Source: a virus (Duplodnaviria > Caudoviricetes). From it: 52,778 bases of DNA. The stretch is from positions 1 to 52,778 of IMG/VR virus record IMGVR_UViG_3300035158_000865; one strand, given 5' to 3'. The number at the start of each line of letters is the position of its first letter. The first letter of the stretch is position 1. The translations under genes were made by a program, and so were the position numbers. A model generated the notes under the pieces. It saw only the letters and a program-made list of their open reading frames with translations, searched no databases and was not told the DNA's origin. Shown in pieces: positions 8,002 to 17,950 of the stretch.

Positions 8002-10581
8002 TTAGCTAAATGAACCACCATCAACGGTGTCAACATATATTCTATAATCATTAGAACTATCAAGTTTGATGCTTGCATCATCAATCTTGAGATTGAGACC
8101 ACCAGAACCTCTATAAAGTGGGTTATTATTTGCAACATCTCCACTTGTTCTCTGTGTGGTATCCATGGCAGCTCTCATATTATCGCTACCATCATCTTCA
8201 AGACCATCACCTGCAAAGTCATCAGGTTCAACCTTCAACTCATTACCAACAAGTTTAATACCGCCGTTGGCTACTAAGTCGGCCCTAAAGTCATCACCAA
8301 CTCTTTCAACACCAAGACTTGCTGTTAGTGTTGAACTACCTGTACTAGATATAGCAACTATATCACCACTAGCATCTGTTGTTATTGTAATATCTTGACC
8401 TGCGGAAAGTGTTAATGTATCTGCTGTAGTATCTGCTACTACATCACTCTCACCCGCAACAGATATAGTTTTAAATGAATATGTAGATTCTTGTGCTGCT
8501 TCTAGTTCTTCAAGTGCGTCTTGGACGTTGGTTGCTGAACCATTATAAGTTCCACCAGAATCCATTGGTACGCTAGTTGCATCAACTTGATTAGAACCTG
8601 AACCCCAATCAATCAATGTTTCATCAATACCATCTGTTACTAGAGAAGCTAGACCTGAAGTTACTGAGAAATGATTACTATCGAATTGTACAATACCTTT
8701 ATCAGCTGTTGAAGCGTCAATATAATCACCACCAGTTACTTGGTCTGCGTTCAATCTTGCATAATTTGTACCATCAGGTACATCATCCAAATCAACTTGG
8801 TCCGCGCCTGTGCCCCAATTTATCATGGAGTCAGTAATACCATCTGCTTTTACTCTAATTTGACCAGAACCGTCAAATTCAAGACCACCAGTTGTTCCAT
8901 CATCCAAGTTTACTTGAATATCACCCCAGTTACTACCGCCAGAGGTTGTAAGACCTTTAGTTTGGTCAATAAGGTCAGACTCAACAACTCTCATTTCATC
9001 GTTACTAATATCAATACCAAGTCCTGTACCTGTACTTACATATAGTGTATTACCAGTCTTTTTAAGACCGTCACCAGCTGTAATCTGACCGGCACCAGTA
9101 AACTGTATCCATGCTGAGGTATCATCGTCATAAGTCCAACCACTATCCTCAAGAACATCAAGGGAACCATTTCTTGTTAGAAGTGCCCAGTTAGCTGAAG
9201 GACTTATTGATGTCCAAGCTGAACCATCATATTCATAAATTTTATGATCTGGTGTATATGTACCAGAATTACCTGTTGTATCACTACCTGTTTTTGTAAA
9301 CAAGTATCTATCATCTGCTGAAGGAGCTGTAGTCAAAGACCATCCAGAACTATATACATATAGTGTATCATCAGCAGTATTCAAACAATATTCATTATCT
9401 TCCCCTGTACCTGCAGGAGCTCCTGAATCTGTTTTTACATAATGTATAATGTAATCTACAGGATCTTTCCAGTAAAGACCACTTACTAAACTATCAACAT
9501 AAGTTTTATTTACTGCATCTGTACCAAGGCTAGGTGCTACTAAACTAGCAATTTTATTACCATTCATGTTTAGGTCACCTGTCAAGGCTCTTGTACCATC
9601 TGCATATAGATAATCACTTGCGAGTTTTGTGTCAGCGATACTACCTGCCAACATATCATTTGTTACACCACCATTCTTTACATAAAGTTGGTCGCCTGTA
9701 ACACCAATAGATGAATCATCATATTTTACATCTACATCGTCGGCATTAACATTGATAGCTGTACCTGCTCCTACTGCTAGAACACCATTAGTATGTGTAA
9801 GACCATCACCTGCTACTGCTGCTTCCAAACGAATACCTGTAGTACTATTATGTTCTAAACCACCGTTAGGGTCAAGATTTACTCTGATATTATTTGAATC
9901 TTCAGTTAAACCGTTAGCTGTATCAATAAAATCTGTTACATTTACGTCCACAGCGTCAGAATTGATCTCTAAACCATCACCTGTATTAACTGCAAATACA
10001 TTAGTAGAAGGTTCTATTAGACCGTCACCAGCTGAAAGCGATTGTGTTGATGCTGTGATTTCGGAATCAATCTTACTAGCTGACCAAAGATCAGTAACAC
10101 CTGTTCCACTATCATTGATTTCCCTATGCTTATCAGCATCATCAATATGAGTTCTAGCCTGACTGGCTGTAACAACATCTGAACCATCGTTAATTTGTGT
10201 TACTCTACCAGAAGAATCAACTTCTGTCGCTGCTACTCTCTGAAAATTTGTACCATCAGGTACATCATCAAGATCACCAGACAAATCAGAAATTTGATTA
10301 ACTCCTACTTTTGACCATGCTGATCCATCATCAATATACATATCTCCAGCGTTATCACCTGAAGTTATGAATATTAATCTACCGGCTACATTTGCACCAC
10401 CAGTTAGTGTTTGGAACTCTGTCCAAGTTCTCAAATAAGCTTTACCAACTAAGTGATGACTACTACCGTCACCAACATATACTTCATCGGTATCAGTAGT
10501 ATAACCAATTTCACCTTCAGATAGGGTGATAGAATCTAATGCTGTTTTAGTACCTCTTCTAATCTGAATTTTTTGTGACAT
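8002..10581 (-). CDS. Tail fibre protein (859 aa) with Mtd-N-type N-terminus
   Basis: IQIRRGT...LSEGEIGYTTDTDEVYVGDG; repeated (A/T)GDGL shaft motifs; WIQFTGAGQITAGDGL; ends DGGSFS. Confidence 0.8.
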   Translation of the reverse strand: MSQKIQIRRGTKTALDSITLSEGEIGYTTDTDEVYVGDGSSHHLVGKAYLRTWTEFQTLTGGANVAGRLIFITSGDNAGDMYIDDGSAWSKVGVNQISDLSGDLDDVPDGTNFQRVAATEVDSSGRVTQINDGSDVVTASQARTHIDDADKHREINDSGTGVTDLWSASKIDSEITASTQSLSAGDGLIEPSTNVFAVNTGDGLEINSDAVDVNVTDFIDTANGLTEDSNNIRVNLDPNGGLEHNSTTGIRLEAAVAGDGLTHTNGVLAVGAGTAINVNADDVDVKYDDSSIGVTGDQLYVKNGGVTNDMLAGSIADTKLASDYLYADGTRALTGDLNMNGNKIASLVAPSLGTDAVNKTYVDSLVSGLYWKDPVDYIIHYVKTDSGAPAGTGEDNEYCLNTADDTLYVYSSGWSLTTAPSADDRYLFTKTGSDTTGNSGTYTPDHKIYEYDGSAWTSISPSANWALLTRNGSLDVLEDSGWTYDDDTSAWIQFTGAGQITAGDGLKKTGNTLYVSTGTGLGIDISNDEMRVVESDLIDQTKGLTTSGGSNWGDIQVNLDDGTTGGLEFDGSGQIRVKADGITDSMINWGTGADQVDLDDVPDGTNYARLNADQVTGGDYIDASTADKGIVQFDSNHFSVTSGLASLVTDGIDETLIDWGSGSNQVDATSVPMDSGGTYNGSATNVQDALEELEAAQESTYSFKTISVAGESDVVADTTADTLTLSAGQDITITTDASGDIVAISSTGSSTLTASLGVERVGDDFRADLVANGGIKLVGNELKVEPDDFAGDGLEDDGSDNMRAAMDTTQRTSGDVANNNPLYRGSGGLNLKIDDASIKLDSSNDYRIYVDTVDGGSFS

Positions 10582-10643
10582 TACTTCTTCCTCCTATTTT
10601 AATTTAAAAATATCCTATCCACTTTCTTTACTCCTCCTATTTA

Positions 10644-11060
10644 TTAAAAACTACCTCCGTCTATATTTTTAACGGTATCGGCTAACTCATCTAGTGCCTC
10701 TCTTACGTCATCTGGTGTATCTGGATCACCATCTGCATCCCAGTCACCATCATCTATAGGATCATAAGATACATCTCTAGCCGCATCACTTCTAAATATA
10801 TCTACTTTATTATATTTTTTATTATCTATAATAATATCAAATTTTTGAACAGAATCATAATCTTCCGGGTCAAACCATACTTCGAAATATCCATATTCAT
10901 CAGTTTCAACTTGTGGTGATGCACTAGTGGGAGTACCACCTGTTTCTTGATTATAAACTGTTGCAGGTGTTGAAGTATCAGCCAAATACATTTTTATAGG
11001 CTCTCCCTCTACAACATTACCAAAATTATCTCTTGTTCTTCCTCTAAAGACTAATCTCAT
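10644..11060 (-). CDS. Virion/tail adaptor-like protein
   Basis: Prealbumin-like pattern (MYLADT..PATVY...TDEYGYF); ends IDGGSF. Confidence 0.55.
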   Translation of the reverse strand: MRLVFRGRTRDNFGNVVEGEPIKMYLADTSTPATVYNQETGGTPTSASPQVETDEYGYFEVWFDPEDYDSVQKFDIIIDNKKYNKVDIFRSDAARDVSYDPIDDGDWDADGDPDTPDDVREALDELADTVKNIDGGSF

Positions 11061-11222
11061 TTATATATTTTCCCATTCTTTGAATCCATCAAGCATGTAT
11101 ATATACTCTAGCAGAACCCTATAGATTTCATACCTCTCATCATATTCTTCTAAAGTAAATTGCAGCCTAGTTGATGTGTTTTCAAATTGTAAAATTGTTG
11201 ATGTGTTTTCAAATTGTAGCAT
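11061..11222 (-). CDS. Small 53-aa protein not in the ORF track (MLQFENTSTILQFENTSTRLQF...)
   Basis: Open frame that exactly fills the gap between flanking genes and explains the 27-bp tandem repeat at 11170-11218. Confidence 0.6.
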   Translation of the reverse strand: MLQFENTSTILQFENTSTRLQFTLEEYDERYEIYRVLLEYIYMLDGFKEWENI

Positions 11223-11223
11223 A

Positions 11224-11511
11224 TTATAATTCCAATACTAATAAATCTGTTTTATGTTTGAATTTATACATATACCTTCTTATAGACCATAATATTTCAT
11301 ACTCACCAGGATTACCAGTGACTTTGGTTCCTATATATACATATATTTTATTTTCATCTATCATACAATTTTGAGTATCAATGATTTCACCGATTGAATC
11401 AAAAATTTCTACTACGGCTGCAGAAGGAGGATAAGGTTGGTTTAAATGATCATGTATGGTTATTTCAAGTGCCCTTTTCTCACCAACATACATGGTATGG
11501 CTTGTGTTCAT
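11224..11511 (-). CDS. Ig-like/BppU-like small virion protein (hypothetical)
   Basis: Beta-strand pattern, TGNPGEYEILW; operon context. Confidence 0.45.
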   Translation of the reverse strand: MNTSHTMYVGEKRALEITIHDHLNQPYPPSAAVVEIFDSIGEIIDTQNCMIDENKIYVYIGTKVTGNPGEYEILWSIRRYMYKFKHKTDLLVLEL

Positions 11512-11513
11512 AT

Positions 11514-12053
11514 CTATACCCTCCTACCTTTTCTTCTACCCATAACGCTCTTAAACTTATCAAGTAATGATCTTTTTATTTTCTTACTGAAATCTTTTGA
11601 CCATGTTGATACTATTGCCTTTTCCATATCTTCAAAAGGAATTTCTCTTAGCTTGGTAATATAGTAATTAGGTTTGAAAAAATATCTACGTACAGCATGT
11701 TTAAGATAAGGATATCTTCTAACACATAATTCCCAAGTAAATCTTGTATTACCATTAGTTCTTTGAAATGTTTCTACCCAATCTTGTGCAAATTGTCTTC
11801 TTTGAGTTCTAGGTACATATGTGAAATTTATAGCTTGAAAGAATCTCCATTGATGTCCTGTATTAGGATGATTACCATCAAGAGCATACATTATTATTAC
11901 AGTTGGTGTTGGGTCATTCTCCCAACTTTTATACTTGAAAGTGTAGATATGGCCTGATTTTACCGTTACACCCGAATGTCTCTTTGAATATAATCTTCTA
12001 ATAGGCATTATCTTCTCTTCCTGAATAGTTCTTTTTCTGTAAGTATCTTCCAA
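11514..12053 (-). CDS. T4 gp2-like DNA end protector protein
   Basis: GHIYTFKY...D..P...F.AINFTYVP..R...YPYLKHAVRRY pattern; adjacent to the gp4-like gene; true start is probably MPIRRL near 12008. Confidence 0.7.
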   Translation of the reverse strand: MEDTYRKRTIQEEKIMPIRRLYSKRHSGVTVKSGHIYTFKYKSWENDPTPTVIIMYALDGNHPNTGHQWRFFQAINFTYVPRTQRRQFAQDWVETFQRTNGNTRFTWELCVRRYPYLKHAVRRYFFKPNYYITKLREIPFEDMEKAIVSTWSKDFSKKIKRSLLDKFKSVMGRRKGRRV

Positions 12054-12475
12054 ACATATCCAAATTTTTTACAGTAATCTTCTGCTGCCTTCCACTTAGC
12101 CTTATTAGTTAGATATGTTGTTTGTTCATACATTCTTGTTTTCTCAGATTTTCTTTTTGTTGATTTGGGAGCAATAGTTTCCTTATAGGGTTTAACCTCT
12201 ATAAGGAATTTTACAAATTTGTTCCTACTTGTTTTATATTTTATGGTGAAATCTGGATAATATCTTCTTGTCTTTTGTTTAACAGGATCATAGTAAGGAA
12301 TATATATACTCTCGCTTGACCAACTTACTACTTTTTGATTTGAATCACACCATTGACAATACATTCTTTCCCATTCTGATCTATATACTATTGGATATCT
12401 TCCCTTATATTTCTCTGGAAATCTTGGTACAAATTCTCCTCTTTTCTTACTATTCCTGCTTTTTATATAAGACAT
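12008..12475 (-). CDS. T4 gp4-like head completion nuclease (TnsA-like)
   Basis: PEKYKG...YRSEWER...WSSE...IPY...RYYPDF...LIEVKP...N.AKWKAA...ILTEKEL. Confidence 0.9.
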   Translation of the reverse strand: MSYIKSRNSKKRGEFVPRFPEKYKGRYPIVYRSEWERMYCQWCDSNQKVVSWSSESIYIPYYDPVKQKTRRYYPDFTIKYKTSRNKFVKFLIEVKPYKETIAPKSTKRKSEKTRMYEQTTYLTNKAKWKAAEDYCKKFGYVWKILTEKELFRKRR

Positions 12476-12482
12476 TTTACAT

Positions 12483-12911
12483 TTATTGACTTCCTATTTG
12501 AGACTTTCTCCGTCTCATTGATATTTTTCTACTTCTTTTTATTTGAGTTTTCTTGGTTTTTCTTTTCCTTGCAGCTCTTATAGCTCCTTTCTTTCTCTTC
12601 AGCTTCTCTGCTGATTTCATTCTGACGCATCTACCATCAACAGCTCTATAACCAGGCCTACATATGACTTTTCTTCTCTTTTTACCACCCCTGATTACTC
12701 TCTTTCTTCTAACTTCTGAAACCTCATCTTCTTCATCTGATATTTCTAAATCTTCAATTATACCTAAAATTTTCTCTAATTGATCATCTGAAAGCGCTTC
12801 AGGGTCTAAATCAGCTATAAATTCCAACATATTTTCAAATATCTTTTCATTATAATCAACATCCATATTTTTGATTATATTAGAATCTAAGCCTAATAAT
12901 TTGCTATTCAT
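12483..12911 (-). CDS. gp68-like prohead core protein
   Basis: Acidic N-half followed by a very basic VIRGGKKRRK...GYR..DG.CVRM...RKKGA.RAARKR tail. Confidence 0.6.
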   Translation of the reverse strand: MNSKLLGLDSNIIKNMDVDYNEKIFENMLEFIADLDPEALSDDQLEKILGIIEDLEISDEEDEVSEVRRKRVIRGGKKRRKVICRPGYRAVDGRCVRMKSAEKLKRKKGAIRAARKRKTKKTQIKRSRKISMRRRKSQIGSQ

Positions 12912-13102
12912 TATAGTAGGCCTCCTTCTTTCAATCTTTCCACTATATCGTTCAACCTCTTATCCTTTATCTTTTTTATATTTTTCGGGTCTTCTAATAT
13001 TTTTTCCATTATCTCTTCTTCAGTATAGACCTCATCATTCATAACCTTATCATTATGTTCTATTTCTTTAGTAAATTTGTCTATACTTTCCAATAAATCC
13101 AT
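12911..13102 (-). CDS. Hypothetical protein
   Basis: Operonic ORF, translationally coupled to the downstream gene. Confidence 0.6.
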   Translation of the reverse strand: MDLLESIDKFTKEIEHNDKVMNDEVYTEEEIMEKILEDPKNIKKIKDKRLNDIVERLKEGGLL

Positions 13103-13113
13103 ATCTTATTTCC

Positions 13114-13353
13114 TTAATATGTAAGAGTCTTTAGTTTTTCTCTAACCTCATCAAATTTTTTCATTTCTTTCCTAGAAAGCTTGTTATTTGTTATATACTT
13201 ATCTAATATATCAGTAGCTTCTTTAGAATTTTTACTAACAGAAGCTAAAGTTAATGCTATCTTCTTAGCATTTTGATTAAAGAAACCTTCAGGTGGTCTC
13301 CATTTGCCCTCATTAACGAGTATATGGTCTATTTTTTCTATTATATCTTTCAT
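13114..13353 (-). CDS. Putative internal head protein
   Basis: Leader MKDIIEKIDHILVNE. Confidence 0.55.
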   Translation of the reverse strand: MKDIIEKIDHILVNEGKWRPPEGFFNQNAKKIALTLASVSKNSKEATDILDKYITNNKLSRKEMKKFDEVREKLKTLTY

Positions 13354-13355
13354 AT

Positions 13356-13784
13356 CTATATCCTTATGAATAGTGGTATATCTCTTTTTGCTTTAGCCTT
13401 CCACATTTTATCTCTCTGTGGTTCAATTAGTTGTACACCTTTATCTCTTGTTACACAAATATTAATAGCATGTTCTAAATCCTTACCTGCAAATCTAACA
13501 CCCCATACTTGTCCAAAGGCCCATGCAAATCTTTCTTTTTCAGGAATTTTATTCAAGTTCTTATATCGTTCTTCAACAATATAAGCATGTAACACAAGAG
13601 CAAAATCATCACAGTCGAATATTGACCTTTGCCATTTGTACTTTTCAAATGCTGATTCCTTCAAATACTTTCTTACTTCTTTTTTCTTTGGCAACCAGTA
13701 GAATTCATCTGGCATTACAAAATTTCTGAAGTTGGGCCATACTCTATTAATCTCTCTTGCTACATCAATATGTGTAACTTTCAT
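13356..13784 (-). CDS. Papain/transglutaminase-like (agglutinin C-terminal-type) cysteine peptidase-fold protein
   Basis: FDCDDFA...HAINI...LIEPQ motifs. Confidence 0.7.
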   Translation of the reverse strand: MKVTHIDVAREINRVWPNFRNFVMPDEFYWLPKKKEVRKYLKESAFEKYKWQRSIFDCDDFALVLHAYIVEERYKNLNKIPEKERFAWAFGQVWGVRFAGKDLEHAINICVTRDKGVQLIEPQRDKMWKAKAKRDIPLFIRI

Positions 13785-13785
13785 A

Positions 13786-14010
13786 TTATGAACCGGCTCT
13801 CATCATATTGATTCCTATTTGTACAGCATCTTCTGTATCCTTAGGATTCTTTTTCTTTACAGCATTAATAAGTTTGTCAATAATACTGGTATCAGCTTTA
13901 CCGTGAATATCTTCAGCAGCATCTACCATTGCTTTTTTGACACCATTCCAATCAATTCCTTCTTCCCTAATAAGGAAAAGATCAATTCTCTCTAGCAGTT
14001 TCTTACTCAT
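13786..14010 (-). CDS. Putative internal head protein
   Basis: Leader MSKKLLERIDLFLIREE; GGAGG SD. Confidence 0.55.
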   Translation of the reverse strand: MSKKLLERIDLFLIREEGIDWNGVKKAMVDAAEDIHGKADTSIIDKLINAVKKKNPKDTEDAVQIGINMMRAGS

Positions 14011-14027
14011 TATTAAAACCTCCTTAG

Positions 14028-14549
14028 TTATATAGCAAATGGATTTCTTCTTGCTCCTTCTTTTTCATATTCTTCTGGATTTGTTTCTCTCCATTTATTC
14101 CAAGCTCTAACGAACTTACCACTCATTAGAAGTATCCAGAATATTGCATATATTAGTATTATTCTACCGCTTCCACCTGCTCCCTGTATCACTTTATCTA
14201 ATTCCATCCAACATTTCAATGCTGGGTAGAAAGCTAAAGTTGGGAAAGCTTCCTGTTTAAGCAAATCCCAGTAATGTGAAAAATCTTCTTTCAATGTACC
14301 TACTTGTTTAGGTCTACCTTTACTTATCTCTTCAAGACTTCTATAATTAGTTTTGAAATATTTATTGATAATCCTTAGAGCTTTATCCTCTAAGTTATTA
14401 TCCTTCAATATATCAACAAGCTTCTTCCATTCTTTTTGGAACATGCTCTTTATAGTATTGAAAGGTTTGTTAGCTATTCTTTTTAAGTCCTTAGCAACAT
14501 TACCTTCGTTTAGTATCCGTTCACCTTCTAAGTAGGTTTCAAAATTCAT
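14028..14549 (-). CDS. Membrane-segment protein with CTS-like leader
   Basis: MNFETYLEGERILNE; hydrophobic IILIYAIFWILLM; late promoter upstream. Confidence 0.55.
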   Translation of the reverse strand: MNFETYLEGERILNEGNVAKDLKRIANKPFNTIKSMFQKEWKKLVDILKDNNLEDKALRIINKYFKTNYRSLEEISKGRPKQVGTLKEDFSHYWDLLKQEAFPTLAFYPALKCWMELDKVIQGAGGSGRIILIYAIFWILLMSGKFVRAWNKWRETNPEEYEKEGARRNPFAI

Positions 14550-14995
14550 TATCTCTCCTCTTTTTCCATCTTCACACTAATATTTATATTTTTAGTCTTT
14601 TTATCTGATAATTCTAATCGTATAGATGGTTTTATTTCTTTATTTTCCTCTATAAATTTAACCTCTACCGATTTATTAACTTCCCTATCTTCTTTCAATA
14701 CCGCTTTTATTGAATATGTTTCTCCAATTAAATCATAATCAACATGTAAAAGTTCTTGTATTCTATCATCAGGAAGTACAAATACCCTTGCTGTTCCTCT
14801 ATCTTCTAATGAAAAACGGTTTAGTTCTGGTATATCAAATACTATATTTTCACCATCCATATTGCTATAATTGAAATGTGCATATCCTTCACCTAGCAAA
14901 GGAAATAAAATATAAGCATCAAGTGTTTTCTTTACATTTAATAGAGTTACTCCGATAGATAATGAAAATCTCTTATTTGTTGGTAATCTTCTCAT
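14549..14995 (-). CDS. Hypothetical protein
   Basis: Operonic ORF with coupled stop/start. Confidence 0.6.
   Translation of the reverse strand: MRRLPTNKRFSLSIGVTLLNVKKTLDAYILFPLLGEGYAHFNYSNMDGENIVFDIPELNRFSLEDRGTARVFVLPDDRIQELLHVDYDLIGETYSIKAVLKEDREVNKSVEVKFIEENKEIKPSIRLELSDKKTKNINISVKMEKEER
14581..14588 (-). promoter_or_regulatory. T4-type late promoter TATAAATA
   Basis: Exact consensus about 30 nt upstream of the start at 14549. Confidence 0.55.
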
Positions 14996-15195
14996 TAATC
15001 CTCATCAACTAAATCTATTTTTATTTTTGGTATATTATTCTTCTTCGCTTCGTTTATTCTTATTTTATTATCATAGTAAACAATGGGCCTTCTTTTCGGT
15101 TCAAACCAATCACCACCACTAAGGTCTCTAGGTAATGAACCTGTATCTCTTCTTCTACATATCATTCCTTTTGTAGCTAAACTTATAGCACTCAT
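14995..15195 (-). CDS. Hypothetical protein
   Basis: Coupled ORF. Confidence 0.55.
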   Translation of the reverse strand: MSAISLATKGMICRRRDTGSLPRDLSGGDWFEPKRRPIVYYDNKIRINEAKKNNIPKIKIDLVDED

Positions 15196-15707
15196 ACTTT
15201 AACCACCTTATAAGAAGTCATTGTGGTAGCATTTGACCACGTTGCTGTGACTTGATATGTAGCAATAACGCTATTATTAGAACCAACATCTGCTGAGTTA
15301 GAGTATATTCTTATTCTTCCAGAGGTCATATTATCATTACTATCCAATACTATTTGATCTAAATAATAGTTCTCCTGCATAAGACCAAGAGCACGTGTTA
15401 TCTCAACAGCGACAGAATCTATATCATTATCATATACTTTGGTTTCTCCTGCTTTACCCCATGGAAAATAATCATCATTATATAGAACTAGAAACCATTT
15501 GCCCTTTGAAATAGGAGTATATGATGCTCTGTAACCTCCACTTGTCATTTCAGTTATAGTAACATTTACAGTTGAGCTAACTTCACTACCACTAGGATCA
15601 AAAATGTTATAAGTAAAATCGCTAGCCGATAAAGAGGGTACAGGAGTATTATCGTAATCAACCACTGTAAAGTTTTCATATACTATTTCACCTACACGTG
15701 CAGACAT
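15192..15707 (-). CDS. Ig-like virion structural protein (hypothetical)
   Basis: Beta-rich; DPSG...ITE..SGGYRASYTP...GKW. Confidence 0.5.
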   Translation of the reverse strand: MSARVGEIVYENFTVVDYDNTPVPSLSASDFTYNIFDPSGSEVSSTVNVTITEMTSGGYRASYTPISKGKWFLVLYNDDYFPWGKAGETKVYDNDIDSVAVEITRALGLMQENYYLDQIVLDSNDNMTSGRIRIYSNSADVGSNNSVIATYQVTATWSNATTMTSYKVVKV

Positions 15708-16405
15708 GATTTATATCCTTTTATAATCTTAAATTTACGATCTTCAAACACTACATACGAGTTGTTTTCTATCCAATCACCGCAATTTATATAAACTATA
15801 TTATTGTTTTGGAGTATTCTAGGACAATGTGTATGTCCTGACACCACAAAATCATAATCCTTCTGATATTTGTTTATCATCTCTACATCTATATCATCAA
15901 CCAAATCATAATAATAAGACTTATTTGATTTATTACTTACAGAGTGATAAATTTTCTTGAACCATCTTCTCAAATTCAATCCAAATCTTTCACATATCCA
16001 ATATATTATGAAGAATAATTTAGCTAAGAAACTATACTTAATTATAAGGTCATCAAATTGGTGACCATGTATAAGAATATACTTATCACCATTTATATCC
16101 ATCTTTAATTTATCATATATTCTACATTTAGGAAATATTTTCTTTAGTTCTTTTATTGTTGGATCATGGTTTCCTCTGATTATATATACAGGTATTAGTT
16201 TAGATACCATATTTATAGAAGATATTATCATACCATTTCTTCTGTCTTTTATTATATCTTCTAAATCGTCTTCCCAAACATCTATTATATCACCTATTAG
16301 AAACATGTTATCACATTTTTCTACTATAGCATCTAACAAGTCATCATGATTTTTCTGTAAAGGACTTCCTAGATGTATATCAGATATGAATATGTGCTTA
16401 GCCAT
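15692..16405 (-). CDS. Calcineurin-like metallophosphoesterase (LpxH/YbbF-like)
   Basis: SDIHLG, GDIID, GNHD, HGHQFD, GHTH, NCGDW. Confidence 0.9.
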   Translation of the reverse strand: MAKHIFISDIHLGSPLQKNHDDLLDAIVEKCDNMFLIGDIIDVWEDDLEDIIKDRRNGMIISSINMVSKLIPVYIIRGNHDPTIKELKKIFPKCRIYDKLKMDINGDKYILIHGHQFDDLIIKYSFLAKLFFIIYWICERFGLNLRRWFKKIYHSVSNKSNKSYYYDLVDDIDVEMINKYQKDYDFVVSGHTHCPRILQNNNIVYINCGDWIENNSYVVFEDRKFKIIKGYKSCLHV

Positions 16406-16973
16406 TTTTACTCCATATAGTCATAAATATTTCCGACTTTTTTATATCATCAGGTGATACCCACTTTCCATTAGACCTCTTTATTCCTGGATAATCGTAA
16501 CAAAAGTCTACTAATTCAGTACAACTAAATTTTACAGAATCATCAAAATCAAACTCATAATCGTATTGTATTTTATCTATATATTTCATTTTTGCTTGTG
16601 CTACTGCTTTATCTCTTCTGATAGGAGCATCTTCACCAATGAATCTTAGAACTTCAATATCATCACAATCCATGAATGTTAGAATATCATTTTTCTCTAT
16701 ACCGTTACCCCTCATCTCTATAACTTCATCTTTACTTGTGCATATGGAAGCATGTGAAAAGTAACCTGGTATACCAATGTTGGTAATAAAACCATCATGT
16801 CTATTAAGTAAAATATCACCAGGTTCAATTACATTAAGTATTTCTCTTTGGTGGTAACCCTTAATACCGTTTTTTGTATCACCACCTAATATAATAAAGA
16901 AAGGATACTTATATACTTTCATGTTTGCTATTAGTTCTATTGATTTCCTTTTCATATTATATAATAATGACAT
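16398..16973 (-). CDS. Permuted NlpC/P60 (YiiX/YebB-like) papain-fold enzyme
   Basis: EPGDILL...PGYFSHASI...YDYEF...FSCTELV...VSPDDI. Confidence 0.85.
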   Translation of the reverse strand: MSLLYNMKRKSIELIANMKVYKYPFFIILGGDTKNGIKGYHQREILNVIEPGDILLNRHDGFITNIGIPGYFSHASICTSKDEVIEMRGNGIEKNDILTFMDCDDIEVLRFIGEDAPIRRDKAVAQAKMKYIDKIQYDYEFDFDDSVKFSCTELVDFCYDYPGIKRSNGKWVSPDDIKKSEIFMTIWSKNG

Positions 16974-17947
16974 TATATTGTTTTCTCCCTAAACATAGTT
17001 AATATCATAGCAGCTGACCATTCATGATCTTCACCAAATGTTCTACATATCAATTTCATCCTCATACCATGTCCCATCATATCAGCATCTGCTGTTTGCA
17101 GTCTTTGAAAACCACTACCCAATAATGGTAACTTATTAGCAAATTTTACTAATGGTATCTCAGTTGCAAACATATTAAATAATCCATCACCATTAGGAGC
17201 AGGTGTTATATTTTCAAATTTACCTTCATCAGTATTCCAATCAGCATTCCAATAAGCTGAATCTCTTAAACCTGTATCACTACTAATTGGCATATATACT
17301 AAACCACCATCTGGTTGTGTTATATCTGAAGTTACTTCTATAGTACCATCTGCTGCTGCTGGTACTATTAGATAACCGTTATATAAATTATAATACGTTT
17401 CTACAGAAGACTCAACATTTACCGATCTTGTAACAATTTCAAAGTCTAGTTGATCAAAAACGGCATCTTTCCACGTTACATAACCTTCATGTACCCATGT
17501 TTCATTACTTATTGTATTAAAATCTATATACTCTACTTGTTCTAAAGAGTCACCTATTTCATGGTGTATAGATAATAAGTTACCACCACCAATATCGGTT
17601 ATATCTGAATGGTTATCTCCTGCACCAGTAAAGTATGTTTTAGTTCCTATTGGTCTTGATGTTTCATGGACAACATGTTTACCTGAATTATCTGTCGGTA
17701 CTCCTATTGTTACTTCTCCTATTAGAGAACTACATAACCTTATACCATCAGATGGATTTAAATCGTTAATACCGTCGTTTATTATTACTACTCCACTTGA
17801 TATCTTATCCACCAGATCATTTGAATTAGCAATTTCTCTTTTAGGTATATCAAGTGTTAAGTTTATAGAACCTGTTGGAGGTAAGCTTACTGAAATATCA
17901 TTTATATTAACTATGGTACTTGTAGAATTTTTAGCTATTACTGACAT
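16973..17947 (-). CDS. Virion appendage protein with shared N-terminal domain
   Basis: IAKN...NDIS...EIANSNDLVDKISSGVVIINDG..DL...G, paralogous to the N-termini at 19730 and 21947. Confidence 0.6.
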   Translation of the reverse strand: MSVIAKNSTSTIVNINDISVSLPPTGSINLTLDIPKREIANSNDLVDKISSGVVIINDGINDLNPSDGIRLCSSLIGEVTIGVPTDNSGKHVVHETSRPIGTKTYFTGAGDNHSDITDIGGGNLLSIHHEIGDSLEQVEYIDFNTISNETWVHEGYVTWKDAVFDQLDFEIVTRSVNVESSVETYYNLYNGYLIVPAAADGTIEVTSDITQPDGGLVYMPISSDTGLRDSAYWNADWNTDEGKFENITPAPNGDGLFNMFATEIPLVKFANKLPLLGSGFQRLQTADADMMGHGMRMKLICRTFGEDHEWSAAMILTMFREKTI

Positions 17948-17950
17948 ATT

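Noticed and set aside
97-10150. Plus-strand ORFs opposite the fibre genes (e.g. 97-372, 4051-4473, 7099-7548, 9752-10150)
   Set aside because: Antisense shadows of codon-biased genes, with no SD or recognisable motifs
36-10581. Diversity-generating retroelement suggested by Mtd-N-like domains and near-identical repeats
   Set aside because: No reverse transcriptase in the window; repeat differences are not adenine-specific, and both copies are in-frame coding
11170-11218. 27-bp tandem repeat containing ATTTGAAAAC (minus strand), superficially CRISPR-like
   Set aside because: Only two copies with no spacer-length gap; it encodes LQFENTST repeats in a small ORF, and no cas genes are present
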